DNA from: Thermodesulfobacteriota bacterium | GTDB lineage: Bacteria; Desulfobacterota_D; UBA1144; Nemesobacterales; UBA2774 | NCBI GenBank assembly: GCA_965223335.1 | Contig: OZ244991.1 | Span: forward strand, 95,231-159,230 | Reading direction: 5' to 3' | DNA: 64,000 nt | In this document: positions 40,832-51,578 of the stretch, piece after piece | How the letters are laid out: every line of letters starts with the position of its first letter | Position numbering within the stretch: position 1 is the first letter of the stretch | The notes under the pieces: generated by a model | Database searches by the model: none | The model's input: only the letters and a program-made list of their open reading frames with translations | Told to the model about the DNA's origin: nothing | Position numbers and translations under genes: made by a program

Positions 40832-41782
40832 ATGGACAAAGAGGGCAAACAATCTAACTTATCTACGCCTCTTACAATGAACAACCGTGCAATCTTGTGG
40901 ATGACACTGGGGGGATTCTCATTCGCAACTATGGGGGCGCTTACACATGCGCTTGGGAAAGAGTGCGATTGGTTAATCATTGTGTTCATACGGATGCTGC
41001 TCTCTTTCATTTTCACAGTTGCGCTGGCACTGCGATCGCGTGTAAACCCGTTTGTCATGGACCGGCCCCTGCTTTGGTTCCGCAGTCTCGTGGGCAGCAG
41101 TGCTATGATCGCTATGTTCTATGCGCTTACAAACCTTCCAATATCGGACGTCGCGGTCATAACTGAAACAAGACCGATTTGGGTCGCACTCATAGCAGGG
41201 TATATATTGGGCGAATACACGGGCAGGCGGGTGTGGGTATCAATATTGTGTGGGTTTATAGGGGTCGCACTCGTAGAACACCCTCACTTACTCAATCAGA
41301 ACTTTGCAGGGTTTGTAGCACTGTACGGAGCATTCGCCGGGGCAATAGTGATGATATGTCTTCGAGCGCTTAGGGATTTAGACCCACGAGTGATCGTAAC
41401 CCACTTTTCCGCTACGGCCTCGGTTGTGGCACTAGTGGCGCTCTTAAGCACACGAGACACAGTAGACACAGCTATTTTCCATAACCCCAAGATTGTTATT
41501 ATGCTCTTGGGTATAGGATTATTCGGCACGATAGGACAGCTTACAATGACTAAGGCATTTTCTATGGGAGAGGCGCCTAGCGTGGCATCGGCGGGATTTA
41601 TGAGGGTTGGTTTTGCGGCATTTTACGACGTATTAATATGGAAACACGTGTTCTCAGTGCCTACAGTCTTAGGTATTGCACTAATCTTAGGTTCGATAAC
41701 CTGGCTTTTTAGTAAAGAGAAATCTCCCCAAGCACAAGAGATGCTGGAAGATAAACCCTGCATTGAGAATAAATTAGAGTAG
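40832..41782 (+). CDS. DMT/EamA-family transporter
   Basis: About 10 TM helices in two EamA-like halves. Confidence 0.88.
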   Translation: MDKEGKQSNLSTPLTMNNRAILWMTLGGFSFATMGALTHALGKECDWLIIVFIRMLLSFIFTVALALRSRVNPFVMDRPLLWFRSLVGSSAMIAMFYALTNLPISDVAVITETRPIWVALIAGYILGEYTGRRVWVSILCGFIGVALVEHPHLLNQNFAGFVALYGAFAGAIVMICLRALRDLDPRVIVTHFSATASVVALVALLSTRDTVDTAIFHNPKIVIMLLGIGLFGTIGQLTMTKAFSMGEAPSVASAGFMRVGFAAFYDVLIWKHVFSVPTVLGIALILGSITWLFSKEKSPQAQEMLEDKPCIENKLE

Positions 41783-41794
41783 AAAATGCTAACA

Positions 41795-42847
41795 TTAGTG
41801 TTCGTTTTGTGAAGAATCCCAGACTAAACGCCCCTGTTTATCGACATAACCCCATTTCCCGTTCCCAAGCTCAACTATGGCCAATCCGTTCGAAAAGCTA
41901 ACCGCGGTGTAATAACGAGGTTCTATAACGATCCACCCCCTCTTATCCAAAAACCCCCATTTGTACCCGGTTTTAAAACTCGCAAGACCCTCCGAGAAAT
42001 CCCCCACCTCATCGTACACGGGCTGCACTATCAGCAAGCCCTCTCTGTTAATAAACCCGTATTTCCCGTTTTTAATAACGGCCGCCGCACCTTCGCTGAA
42101 GTGCCTTATTTTATCAAACTTAGTTTTTAGTACAGTTTGCCCCGATTTATCTATAAATAAATATCTACCGTCCTTCTCCACAGCGGCTAAGCCCTCGGAA
42201 AACCCCTCGGCCCACTCAAATATCGGTTCAATTACCAACTCCCCTTTCTTATTAATGAACCCACCCCTACCTTCTACTAACACAAGAGCAACTCCATGAG
42301 AGAAACTAAATGCCTGGTCGTATCGGGGCTCTATCACCACCTCCCCAGTCTCGTCTATAAACCCCCACCCCCCGTCCATTTTTACCGATGCGAGCCCCTC
42401 GGTAAAAGGCATAGACTTCTCAAACCGCGGCTCTATAATCATCTTGCCTACTTTATTTATATAGCCGTATTTCCCATTGATCTTTACCTGAGCCAGGCCC
42501 CCTGCAAATTTGTGTGCCTCCTCAAATTTTGGCGATACAACCTCAATGTTCCACTCGTTTATATATCCCCATTTGCCATCACGCTTAACCAATGCGCGGC
42601 CCTCTGTGAAATCCACTGCCCCATCATACTCAGGCGCAATAGCAATCTGACCCGTTTTATCTATGAACCCCCATTCGTTATGTATTTCTATTGGGAATAG
42701 GTGTGTACCCCCCGTTACAAGCTCACTGCCGCTGGGTGGAGTTGTACATGATAAAACATAGACACATATTAATAGAGCAAATAAAGCTAATTTGATAGGA
42801 CATCTAATTATCAAAACCACTCCCCATACGTTTAATTTGTAGAACAT
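41795..42847 (-). CDS. WG-repeat (beta-repeat) probable lipoprotein
   Basis: Many [KR]WG[FY]I[DN]K.G..VIEP.Y....FSEGLA units; possible lipobox VLSC; start uncertain. Confidence 0.88.
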   Translation of the reverse strand: MFYKLNVWGVVLIIRCPIKLALFALLICVYVLSCTTPPSGSELVTGGTHLFPIEIHNEWGFIDKTGQIAIAPEYDGAVDFTEGRALVKRDGKWGYINEWNIEVVSPKFEEAHKFAGGLAQVKINGKYGYINKVGKMIIEPRFEKSMPFTEGLASVKMDGGWGFIDETGEVVIEPRYDQAFSFSHGVALVLVEGRGGFINKKGELVIEPIFEWAEGFSEGLAAVEKDGRYLFIDKSGQTVLKTKFDKIRHFSEGAAAVIKNGKYGFINREGLLIVQPVYDEVGDFSEGLASFKTGYKWGFLDKRGWIVIEPRYYTAVSFSNGLAIVELGNGKWGYVDKQGRLVWDSSQNEH

Positions 42848-42955
42848 TATCCGCTGAGAGGAACTAAGATGTCAATATTTTATGTATTGGAACAGTAACC
42901 CGGTATTTATAACTGGGTGTTAGATCAAGAAATGATCTAATTCAAAGGCGCAATT

Positions 42956-43219
42956 CTACTCGTCAATCAATGTAAATACATCCCGGTACTGAGTTCCGTC
43001 CTTACACTCATAAACCACATGCAGAGTTATTCGCGAAATATCACTCGCCGGAAACTTAGAGCCCTCGAGAATCACACTCTGACCCAGATCGCCTAACTTG
43101 TGTTTATCATTTAAAATATCGTGATCCTTTGAATTTAACGACTCTCTACCATTTAAAACAAGTTGAATACTAAACGGTTTGTGTGCACTCACAACATCCG
43201 AACTATTATCCGAGTACAT
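42956..43219 (-). CDS. Hypothetical protein (about 87 aa)
   Basis: ORF with a G-run Shine-Dalgarno-like element before ATG 43219; no family recognised. Confidence 0.55.
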   Translation of the reverse strand: MYSDNSSDVVSAHKPFSIQLVLNGRESLNSKDHDILNDKHKLGDLGQSVILEGSKFPASDISRITLHVVYECKDGTQYRDVFTLIDE

Positions 43220-43402
43220 TGCTTTACCCCCCAATGGTTATGCAATCCAAGGCCTTAATACATATTATAGTATATTTAAATATTTATATCTACCTCTCGT
43301 AAAGTTATTGGCGATATAAATATATAATCTGAACTTTTGTATAATATAAATAGGCCATAGAATATTGATGGGCATTATGTATTCTGTGGCCTATTATTCT
43401 AT

Positions 43403-43684
43403 CTATCTAAAGTCTTCCCCTAGTATCTGCACCATACGAAAAATACCCTCTGAAGCCGGGAGCTCGGGTATAGAAGACCCCACATTCTCGCTTATTGCAT
43501 CAGCGTCAGTACCGTCCCATTCACAAAATACACGTGTAACCAAGCCCTGATCGTTCAACTGTACCCAGCTCTTAACCCAATAGGCATCCAATGACACATT
43601 TGCCTTACATCTGCGTGCTATCGGTGCTATCGCTTCCGGATTAACCGGAGGGTCTACCGGATGGATTGCGATAAATTTTGGCAT
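43403..43684 (-). CDS. DUF4242 (SCO4226-like) domain protein
   Basis: MPKFIAIH...WVKSWV...VFCEWDGTDADAI pattern; AGGAGG Shine-Dalgarno. Confidence 0.75.
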   Translation of the reverse strand: MPKFIAIHPVDPPVNPEAIAPIARRCKANVSLDAYWVKSWVQLNDQGLVTRVFCEWDGTDADAISENVGSSIPELPASEGIFRMVQILGEDFR

Positions 43685-43728
43685 ATTACCTACCTCCTAA
43701 GTAGTTTTCTTAATCAAACATCACCTAG

Positions 43729-43744
43729 AGCAAGGCTCATGCCA
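43729..43744 (-). promoter_or_regulatory. Sigma-54 promoter of the DUF4242 gene
   Basis: Minus strand TGGCATGAGCCTTGCT (GG-N10-GC), 45 nt upstream of the ATG. Confidence 0.75.
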
Positions 43745-44012
43745 TTTTGCAACGCACTGTTATTATTAGATTTTAGAGTTTTAAAAGATCATTGATGTCA
43801 ACTATGTTGACGGTTTTCTCTGCAATGCAAACTTCATTGACAAGCACCAAGCTGTGATGAGATCCGATTTTCTCTGGATTTATTCTCCATTCGAATATGA
43901 TATGTGTATACCTCAACGATGAGTAGATGCATGGAGAATTCCAAAAAAAGTAATAGAACATAGTAAAAAATGTGTTAAGTTTTATGTTTTAGGTGTGCTG
44001 AGAGAAACCGAG

Positions 44013-44618
44013 ATGAGAGTTTTGCTAACTATAATAATCTTACTGTTTGTCACCGGCTGTGCATCTGTATCCACTAACAGGGACAGAGCATACAGGGTAC
44101 CGAAAAAACCACCACCCAAAACCCAGCCAAAACCTGCGGAAGAAACACCCAGTCAGACACTTAAGGCGAATGAGTTCGAGGCCGAATACGACGAAGTATG
44201 GTCTGCAACGCTGGCAGCTGTGGATTGGTTGAAATGGCCCCCTGCTTATGTCGACAAAAATGACGGCACAATCAGATTAAAAGAGGCCTATGTATATAGA
44301 AAATCCGGCAAATTGTTTAGAGCCTATATTTGGCCTAATAGAGACCTCCTCGCGACTTCCAATATTAACGATTATATAGACAGGGTCTCTTACTATAAAC
44401 CGGGAGTGGGCGATGCACTTTTTACACAGGAAAACATGGTCATAAAAGTTGACCGTGCCTCAGAAACACTGGTCAGTGTAACCATAAATTATCGAATCCG
44501 CCCCTATGCCTACTCCGGTAAGATAGGGTATGAGAGCAGGTCCAAGGGCTATATAGAATCGCTATTGCTTGAAGAAATTCAAAGGAGCCTAAAGAACAGG
44601 CCTGTTGCAATAAGATAG
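44013..44618 (+). CDS. Hypothetical lipoprotein
   Basis: MRVLLTIIILLFVTGC lipobox, Pro/Lys-rich linker, and an F...YDEVWSA pattern seen in outer-membrane lipoproteins. Confidence 0.75.
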   Translation: MRVLLTIIILLFVTGCASVSTNRDRAYRVPKKPPPKTQPKPAEETPSQTLKANEFEAEYDEVWSATLAAVDWLKWPPAYVDKNDGTIRLKEAYVYRKSGKLFRAYIWPNRDLLATSNINDYIDRVSYYKPGVGDALFTQENMVIKVDRASETLVSVTINYRIRPYAYSGKIGYESRSKGYIESLLLEEIQRSLKNRPVAIR

Positions 44619-44676
44619 CAATCCAAACCATCCCACTGTGCTTTTATATTCGATGTCCCCGTGTCTCAAAAAGTGT

Positions 44677-45690
44677 TTAAGGCTTGTACAGCCCCATATG
44701 GTTTATTATCTGTTCCATATTCTCTCTGGCTGTTTCATTGGCTCTTGCAGTACCCTCATGCAGTATATCCCGCACATCGTCCATCCTGTTTTCATAGTAT
44801 GTCCTTTTCTCGCGAATTGGCTCGAGCAATCTGTTAATAGCGGCGGCAAGCTTCTTTTTAACCTCCACATCACCAACGTTCCCGGTCTCGTACCTTTGTT
44901 TTAAATCCTCGATTTCCTCGACATTATCGTTAAAAGCATCGTGATATATAAAGACCGGATTGCCCTCGACCGTGCCTGGGATATCCGCTCTTATGCGTTT
45001 TGGGTCGGTGTACATACTGCGCACTCGCTTCTCCACTTCCTCTGGCGTGTCCGAGAGATAAACACAGTTGTCTAGACTCTTACTCATTTTTCTATTGCCG
45101 TCAGTCCCCACAAGCCTAGGTGTTTCACTCACCACAGGCTCGGGTTCCGTAAAAAACTCGCCGTACAGGTAATTAAAACGCCTTGCTAACTCCCTTGTAA
45201 GCTCTATATGGCTCAACTGGTCCTCACCCACCGGCACCTTTGTGGCCTTAAACATTAGTATGTCCGCAGCCATTAGCACGGGGTATCCCAACAACCCCAC
45301 AGAGTAGTTCTCACCCACTCCCATGTCCTGTATCTTCTCTTTCAGTGTGGGTATCCTCTCGGCGCGCGGCACCGCACAGATCATAGCCAGCATCGTGTAG
45401 AGCTCCGTAATATAAGGAATCTGCGACTGAACATAGAACACAGATTTCTCCGGGTCCATACCCACGCTCAGCCAATCCATCACCATCTGAAGCGTGTTCT
45501 CCTCTACCTCCGACACTTTGTCGTAATGGGTGGTGAGCATGTGAAGGTCAGCTATAAGAAAGTAACACTTGTAATCATCCTGGTACTTAATACGGTTTTC
45601 CAGCGACCCGACAAGGTGCCCCAAGTGAAGCCTGCCGGTCGGTCGGTCCCCCGTAACTAGTATCGGTTTCGATGCGGGCATAGAATTCAA
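44677..45690 (-). CDS. trpS: Tryptophan--tRNA ligase
   Basis: TGDRPTGRLHLGH, YPVLMAADI, VPVGEDQ and KMSKS motifs. Confidence 0.97.
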   Translation of the reverse strand: MNSMPASKPILVTGDRPTGRLHLGHLVGSLENRIKYQDDYKCYFLIADLHMLTTHYDKVSEVEENTLQMVMDWLSVGMDPEKSVFYVQSQIPYITELYTMLAMICAVPRAERIPTLKEKIQDMGVGENYSVGLLGYPVLMAADILMFKATKVPVGEDQLSHIELTRELARRFNYLYGEFFTEPEPVVSETPRLVGTDGNRKMSKSLDNCVYLSDTPEEVEKRVRSMYTDPKRIRADIPGTVEGNPVFIYHDAFNDNVEEIEDLKQRYETGNVGDVEVKKKLAAAINRLLEPIREKRTYYENRMDDVRDILHEGTARANETARENMEQIINHMGLYKP

Positions 45691-45817
45691 ATCCTCCTAA
45701 TACAATACGTTGCTTCGATCGTGCAAATCGTTTTATAGTACTCGATCTATCTGAGTAGAGTCAATAAATCGTAGATAACATTCAACGTTAATTATGTTGT
45801 AGTATCAAACGGTAGAG

Positions 45818-46294
45818 CTAAATATCGGGGTTACACAAATAATCGGCTAAATAATCACTGACTGTGCTCTCTGTGATGGCGGCGGGGTTATTGGGCAGGT
45901 TGTCTTCCTCAAATACCAACCCTCCGTACATATTATAAAACTTAGATGCCATATAAGAATATGTACGCCTCTTGCAATCAATCACCGAACGGATCTCGAC
46001 CTCTTTGTAGAGTAGACCGTCGGTATCCTCTTGCTCTTGTTGAAACTTCAACTTGCTCCAAGACTCCATAAAATCCCCGTTCACAAACACAGTACTCTCG
46101 TCTATGTATAGATCATAGATCCTGGTCCCGGTTGCTTTACCAACATATGTCCAGTCCCTCTCTACGCGAGACCCAAGCTCCTCAGTTTCTGTTTGTGCAG
46201 TATCCTTGCCCCCTGCCATATCTCCGTTATCGACATTATTTGCGGCACACGAGAAGAGCAAAGATATAGTTATTATTAAGGGTAATAGCCTCAT
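45818..46294 (-). CDS. Lipoprotein, surface-adhesin E-like domain
   Basis: Lipobox LLFSC; W.YVG...LYIDESTV...W.K...IDC...C-terminal YLC pattern. Confidence 0.6.
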   Translation of the reverse strand: MRLLPLIITISLLFSCAANNVDNGDMAGGKDTAQTETEELGSRVERDWTYVGKATGTRIYDLYIDESTVFVNGDFMESWSKLKFQQEQEDTDGLLYKEVEIRSVIDCKRRTYSYMASKFYNMYGGLVFEEDNLPNNPAAITESTVSDYLADYLCNPDI

Positions 46295-46372
46295 AGATAA
46301 AACCACATTCCAGAAATTATAAAAACCCTAGTTGGATACTCCGGGGTTGATACAACAAAGCGTTTATCCACA

Positions 46373-46930
46373 CTACTTGTTGACTTCTTTATCGTTTTGG
46401 TCGGGCTTATTCCACTGCTCGGGGCTGGGCTGTTTTTGCATCTTGCCCTTGCCATCGCCCCTGCGCTGAAGCATGTTGTGCTGACTTCTTTTCACCATTG
46501 CTCTTAACCGTTTGAAATCTTGTGCACCCACAACATCCCTTATCGCCGCTAAACCGTCAACATATGACTCCGTCATTTTCTCGTGCAGTTTGTTCGATGC
46601 GCCCATCTCCTCTTTAACCGCTTTGGGATCAAAATCCGGGTCTTGCAGCATTTTTACAATTTTTAGGTGCGAGATTTTAAATTCACTCTCTTCACGGATT
46701 ATAGGAAACACGTATTTTTCCTGGATAGCACTCAACTCCCCCACCTGTTTATCATCAAGCCCGAGGCTATTGGCCCTCATAATCAACATGTTCAGGTTCT
46801 TGCTGTATTTATCGGACGACATCGCAAATCCCCCGTCACCGCCCTGGTGCTTGTATGGTTTTATATTCTGGGCCCAGCCATAACCTGTGCCCAATACAAC
46901 TAACAACATAATCGCTGCGATTTTTTTCAT
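46373..46930 (-). CDS. Periplasmic Spy/CpxP-like helical protein
   Basis: Signal peptide MKKIAA...; SLGLDDKQ and IRDVVGAQD helical hairpin pattern; GGAGG Shine-Dalgarno. Confidence 0.6.
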   Translation of the reverse strand: MKKIAAIMLLVVLGTGYGWAQNIKPYKHQGGDGGFAMSSDKYSKNLNMLIMRANSLGLDDKQVGELSAIQEKYVFPIIREESEFKISHLKIVKMLQDPDFDPKAVKEEMGASNKLHEKMTESYVDGLAAIRDVVGAQDFKRLRAMVKRSQHNMLQRRGDGKGKMQKQPSPEQWNKPDQNDKEVNK

Positions 46931-47094
46931 AATACACCTCCCCAACCTCTATTATCCTTATATTTTAACCTATAGATCTTTATTTTCCCGGCATTTTAGA
47001 GCCCTACCCCAAGTAGTGACATCAATATTTTAGGTATCAGTTTATTGAACCCCAGGCAACAACCATGTTTCAGGGCCCAGGGAATTGGGATATG

Positions 47095-47168
47095 CGCGCC
47101 CGGAGGGAGTCGAACCCCCAACCTTTTGATCCGTAGTCAAACGCTCTGTCCAGTTGAGCTACGGGCGC
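47095..47168 (-). tRNA. tRNA-Arg(ACG)
   Basis: GCGCCCGTAGCTCAACTGGACAGAGCGTTTGACT-ACG-GATCAAAAGGTTGGGGGTTCGACTCCCTCCGGGCGCG folds as a cloverleaf. Confidence 0.96.
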
Positions 47169-47290
47169 ACAGAAGCAATAATTTTACTGACTCTAAGCCT
47201 ATGATCAAATTACGAGAGCATGACACCTGCAAATAGGAAGACTCACAGATGTTTAAATTTCCGGAATTTCATATATGATATTTAGCTCCC

Positions 47291-47920
47291 ATGGCTGCTA
47301 TATTGGAAGACTTACTAGACCGAGAAGTTGATGCTTACGTGGTTCGCCTCGACAAGATGGCTGAGGTAAGAGCGCTTTTAGACGGCACCATCGATCGTGA
47401 TATATACATAAGATTTTTAAAGTCATTCTATACGATCGAGATGCTTAGCCAAAACATTGTAAACAAAGCCTGCTCTCTTACTGCCGAGTCCAATTCATAT
47501 CTGAGCGAGCGGTTTGAGCTCTGTGCCAAAGGTGAATTCGGTCACGCAAAGATAGCACGTACAGATCTAGAGAAGCTCGACATTCATGAACTAAATGTCG
47601 AGAGCCTCAACTGTGTCAAAGAGTATGAATCGTTCCTAGAGGGGGGGGTTATGGAGAATCCGCTCACCATTTTGGGTCATTCGTACTTATTTGAGAACAC
47701 CTCTGCAATCCTCTTTCCCCGATACCAAAGGCTTGAGTTCCCCTCCAGGTTTGTACGAGTGCATGCAATTGAAGACCCCAAACATGCCAAAGCAATTAAA
47801 GAGACCGTTAGAAACATCGAAGCTTCACTCAATCGGCAGGAAGTAAACAGAATTATTGCGTTTACCAGAGAGAGTGGGGATCATTTCCTCAATGTTTTTA
47901 ATGAGTTAGATGCCTTATAA
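47291..47920 (+). CDS. Heme-oxygenase-like/TenA-PqqC superfamily iron-containing redox enzyme
   Basis: Helical protein with metal-ligand pattern GEFGH, YLFE and HAIEDPKH. Confidence 0.7.
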   Translation: MAAILEDLLDREVDAYVVRLDKMAEVRALLDGTIDRDIYIRFLKSFYTIEMLSQNIVNKACSLTAESNSYLSERFELCAKGEFGHAKIARTDLEKLDIHELNVESLNCVKEYESFLEGGVMENPLTILGHSYLFENTSAILFPRYQRLEFPSRFVRVHAIEDPKHAKAIKETVRNIEASLNRQEVNRIIAFTRESGDHFLNVFNELDAL

Positions 47921-47924
47921 GGTG

Positions 47925-48016
47925 TGGCGGAGAGGGTGGGATTTGAACCCACGAAGGAGTATTAGCCCCTTACTCGCTTAGCAGGCGAGCGCCTTCGACC
48001 ACTCGGCCACCTCTCC
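47925..48016 (-). tRNA. tRNA-Ser(GCT)
   Basis: GGAGAGGTGGCCGAGTGGTCGAAGGCGCTCGCCT-GCT-AAGCGAG, long variable arm, GGTTCAAATCCCACCCTCTCCGCCA. Confidence 0.96.
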
Positions 48017-48140
48017 CTAACCAAAAACTATTATACACGAATACAGTAGCCTCGGGGTCACTAAAATAACAAAATGCAGTGATACTGTCAATCGATTTGC
48101 ATAACCTAACAATTCAAATGTACGAGATAAGAGAATTGGA

Positions 48141-49109
48141 CTATTGGGGGCATTTTGTTCCCCTAACATCAGCTTTAATCAAAGTATACTTTGCAGTACC
48201 CTTAGGTGATTTGTGTTCGTGATATATAAGCCCTACCCCGTTGGCATATATATCCGTAAAGCTGAAGTCATCTTGTTCGAGGTCAAGTATCATCAAGTCC
48301 TTGAATGTGCCTGCGGGTGTGGTGAATTCCCTATCCTTGTTGATAGCTCTTTTGACATTGTCATTATAAAATGTATCAACAGCTTTGCCGTCCGATACAT
48401 ATATAGCACCGTCTTGTTCAATCCTCATTGCTATGCTGTCCTTTCCAAAGAATTTGTCAAAGATCGACCAACCTTCTGTAACGGATTGTATAGTATAGGT
48501 CACGTCCTTTTGCTCTTTACCATCGCTCTCGATTCTATAGGTCCATGTGCTTCCTCGATCCATGGGGAAGTAGTCACCCATCCTTATTTCCGGGACCTCG
48601 CCAAATGTATTTGTATACGGCTTAACCTGCCCTATCGAATAGCCTTTGGGTAATGGTGATTTATTATTGGCATTTATTAACCTTACCTTGTAGTCCGCCT
48701 GGGTGGGATTAGGAATGGATGCTATCACATAGGGAAAAAACTCCCTTTCCCAAGCCTCTGCCACGGGACCTTGCTGATATATGTTGTAAATAACGTCCAT
48801 CAACGTCTTGGATTTACCCTCGATTCTAACGAGCTCTACAATACCCCCTGACGCCTCGCCCTTGTCATAAGACGATATAAACACAATAGAATTTGCGTTG
48901 AAATCTACCTCGGGTATCTCACTTGAGTCTATCTCAAGCACACCTAGCAATGAATCAAGTTCTTGTTGGCTGCGTATATACGAATCCCCGGGTAGTTCGG
49001 GCCCGGGCGCTGCACCCTCACCAAGCACCTCAAAGTCCACTGCCAGTACTTTTGCTGCAGTTGCAGTGATTAAAAAGCTGCAAAGAAAAAACATTAAGGT
49101 ATAACGCAT
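48141..49109 (-). CDS. Secreted two-domain hypothetical protein
   Basis: Signal peptide; N-domain IRSQQEL...IPEVDF (PrcB C-terminal-like); C-domain YFPM..GSTWTY...TPAGTF...YANGVGLI. Confidence 0.7.
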   Translation of the reverse strand: MRYTLMFFLCSFLITATAAKVLAVDFEVLGEGAAPGPELPGDSYIRSQQELDSLLGVLEIDSSEIPEVDFNANSIVFISSYDKGEASGGIVELVRIEGKSKTLMDVIYNIYQQGPVAEAWEREFFPYVIASIPNPTQADYKVRLINANNKSPLPKGYSIGQVKPYTNTFGEVPEIRMGDYFPMDRGSTWTYRIESDGKEQKDVTYTIQSVTEGWSIFDKFFGKDSIAMRIEQDGAIYVSDGKAVDTFYNDNVKRAINKDREFTTPAGTFKDLMILDLEQDDFSFTDIYANGVGLIYHEHKSPKGTAKYTLIKADVRGTKCPQ

Positions 49110-49214
49110 ATTAATCCTCTTAATTACAAATTTCTATAAATTATACTGCATTTTATACAGTTGTTGATTGGGTTATTTAAATAGCGGGACATTAAAGTTA
49201 ATAATGTGAGCTGA

Positions 49215-51425
49215 TTATTCAGAATTATCTAATTCATACACCAATCTTCTAAACTCTTCAATCTTAAACGGCTTGGTCAGAAACACATTCCCTGTATCAT
49301 TGATGAAGCGCATAGTGTCTTCACTCGGATCGCCAGTGATAAAAATAATCCTGTTTGCCAACTCAGGGTTCTTCTCTTTAACCTCATTGTAAAAACTCCT
49401 TCCATCCATAAGCGGCATCTTGATATCACATACAACAAGGTCATATCTGTTTTCACGCAATTTCAAAAGCGCATCTTCTCCGTTATATGCAAGGTCGGTA
49501 TTATAACCCTCGTCTTCCAATATCCCTTCCATGAGCGCTATGATGAGCTCCTCGTCTTCAATTACGAGTACTCGCTGTTTATTTAACTCGCGTTGAGTTT
49601 CTAACTCTTCTTCCGCTTCCTGCATCTGTATAAACTGGCGATAGTTAATAATGGGCAGTTGTACTACGAACACCGAACCTTGGTCAGATTCACTCTTTGC
49701 ATAGATCTCCCCGCCATGTTCCTTTACAATGCCGTATGACACAGATAACCCTAGACCTGTACCGACACCCACTGGTTTAGTTGTAAAAAACGGATCGAAT
49801 ATCCTCTGTAGAACCTCTCGGGGAATACCGGGACCGTTATCCGATATTGTGATCTCTATCATGTCACTATCACCTACACACGACTTAACAAGCAGCTCCC
49901 CATTATTTCGTGCCTCCCTAATTGCCTGGTCGGCGTTCAGTATTATGTTGGTTAACACCTGCTGAATTTGAGTTGAATCAATCATAGTTTTAGGCAGGTT
50001 AGGATCGAGTTCGCGCTTAACCGATATGTTGGAGAGCCCGAGTTGATACTCCCTGAACTCTATAGATTTCTCTATTAACTCATTTACGTCCGCGTATTCT
50101 CTCTTAGGTTTATCCTTTCTCGAAAACGAGAGCAGATTGTCAACTATCCTTTTCACTTTATCAGCTGAGTTGTGAATAATTTGTAAGTATTTCGATACTT
50201 TCTCAGGCTCATCCTCCAAGCTCGTGAGCAGCATCTGAGAGTAGCCGAGTATGGGAGTCAGGGGGTTGTTGATCTCGTGTGCAATACTTGCAACGAGTTG
50301 ACCCAGTGAAGCAAGCTTCTCAGTCTGGACGAGCTGATTTTGGGTATTTCTCAGGTTTTCATAGAGTTCGCCGAGCTCACTCGCACGTTCCTGTATCTCA
50401 TTGAACATATTCGCTTTTACAATAGCCGCACCCACTTGGCTGCTGAACGAGGTTAAGAAATCAATATCCTGTTTGCTAAATTTACTCTTGGTAGAGCTTA
50501 AAAAGTGGAACGCTCCTATCACTTTGTCCCCAGTTATTATGGGTATAGAAAGCGAGCACTTTTCATCTTTTTCAAGCTCGATCGTATCCCCAGGCAGTGT
50601 CAATATGGTCTGACTGTTGTGCTCTATAGGTTGGCCGGATTCGATTACCTGCCAAGTGAGCCCTCGTGGGGAGGGGATCCTGTCCATTTTCTTGGCATGT
50701 TCTTTAGAGTAACCGCTTTGAATCTGTAGAACCGCATCGTGTGAGTCAAGCTCCGTATCCAATATGTATATACAGATTCGGTCAAACAGTTTCAGGTCCT
50801 TAGTAATGTGGAGCACTGCCATGTAGATGAGTCTAAGATCAATTGCTTTATGGATCTCCTGCGATACAGAGCTTATCAGCGAGAGATTCCTATAGCGTTC
50901 TTCGAGCTCATTTGTACGCTCTTCTCTTAGTATTGCAGATGCAATCTCGCTTCCGATAGATGTAATTAGATCGGCTTCTATTTCGTTGAATTCGCGGCCC
51001 GGAGAACTCCCGAACCATACTGCACCCCGCACCGATTCCCCACTCAGGACAGGAACACCGATCAACGATTTAGATGCAATGTGTGAACCGAGATCACCCA
51101 ATTCTGAGCTATCCGAAACCACCACTTGCTCACCCCTCTCAATCACCTGCCATAAAATCCCATGCGATGTGTTAAGTGTGGCAGCCTTGTCGAGATATGG
51201 TTTTGAAGCATTTATATGAGACTTTAATCTGGCCTCTGAAATATCTTCATTGACCAGGTATATTAAAACAAGTTCTACGTTTTGAAGCCTCGCAACCGAT
51301 TTTAATACTTTATCGTAATCGATTTCAAGTTCATGAGAAACATGTAGAGTTTTTACAATATCGAGCAGAACATAGAAATCTTTGTTCAAGTCGTACTCGT
51401 AGGCTCTGGCTTCTTCCGTATTCAT
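49215..51425 (-). CDS. Cytoplasmic hybrid histidine kinase (2x GAF, HisKA, HATPase, REC)
   Basis: Two GAF-like domains; H-box AHEINNPL; [20 protein letters not shown]; receiver VIEDE...CDIKMP...TKPF. Confidence 0.93.
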   Translation of the reverse strand: MNTEEARAYEYDLNKDFYVLLDIVKTLHVSHELEIDYDKVLKSVARLQNVELVLIYLVNEDISEARLKSHINASKPYLDKAATLNTSHGILWQVIERGEQVVVSDSSELGDLGSHIASKSLIGVPVLSGESVRGAVWFGSSPGREFNEIEADLITSIGSEIASAILREERTNELEERYRNLSLISSVSQEIHKAIDLRLIYMAVLHITKDLKLFDRICIYILDTELDSHDAVLQIQSGYSKEHAKKMDRIPSPRGLTWQVIESGQPIEHNSQTILTLPGDTIELEKDEKCSLSIPIITGDKVIGAFHFLSSTKSKFSKQDIDFLTSFSSQVGAAIVKANMFNEIQERASELGELYENLRNTQNQLVQTEKLASLGQLVASIAHEINNPLTPILGYSQMLLTSLEDEPEKVSKYLQIIHNSADKVKRIVDNLLSFSRKDKPKREYADVNELIEKSIEFREYQLGLSNISVKRELDPNLPKTMIDSTQIQQVLTNIILNADQAIREARNNGELLVKSCVGDSDMIEITISDNGPGIPREVLQRIFDPFFTTKPVGVGTGLGLSVSYGIVKEHGGEIYAKSESDQGSVFVVQLPIINYRQFIQMQEAEEELETQRELNKQRVLVIEDEELIIALMEGILEDEGYNTDLAYNGEDALLKLRENRYDLVVCDIKMPLMDGRSFYNEVKEKNPELANRIIFITGDPSEDTMRFINDTGNVFLTKPFKIEEFRRLVYELDNSE

Positions 51426-51578
51426 AACGATCGATTCTCTACGAAAAATATATAAATCTTTTTATATAACATTGCAAACACCTAGTGATTCCACAAAACA
51501 CTCTTTTTTAATTTTATAGCATTCGCAACCGCAAAAAATAATAATAGGAAAATACAAATATAGCCACATTGTGTCCGA

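Noticed and set aside
41795-42700. Repetitive DNA as a possible CRISPR or other array
   Set aside because: The periodicity comes from degenerate WG protein repeats; there are no identical repeats with unique spacers and no cas genes.
47045-47236. 63-aa ORF
   Set aside because: Antisense translation of tRNA-Arg.
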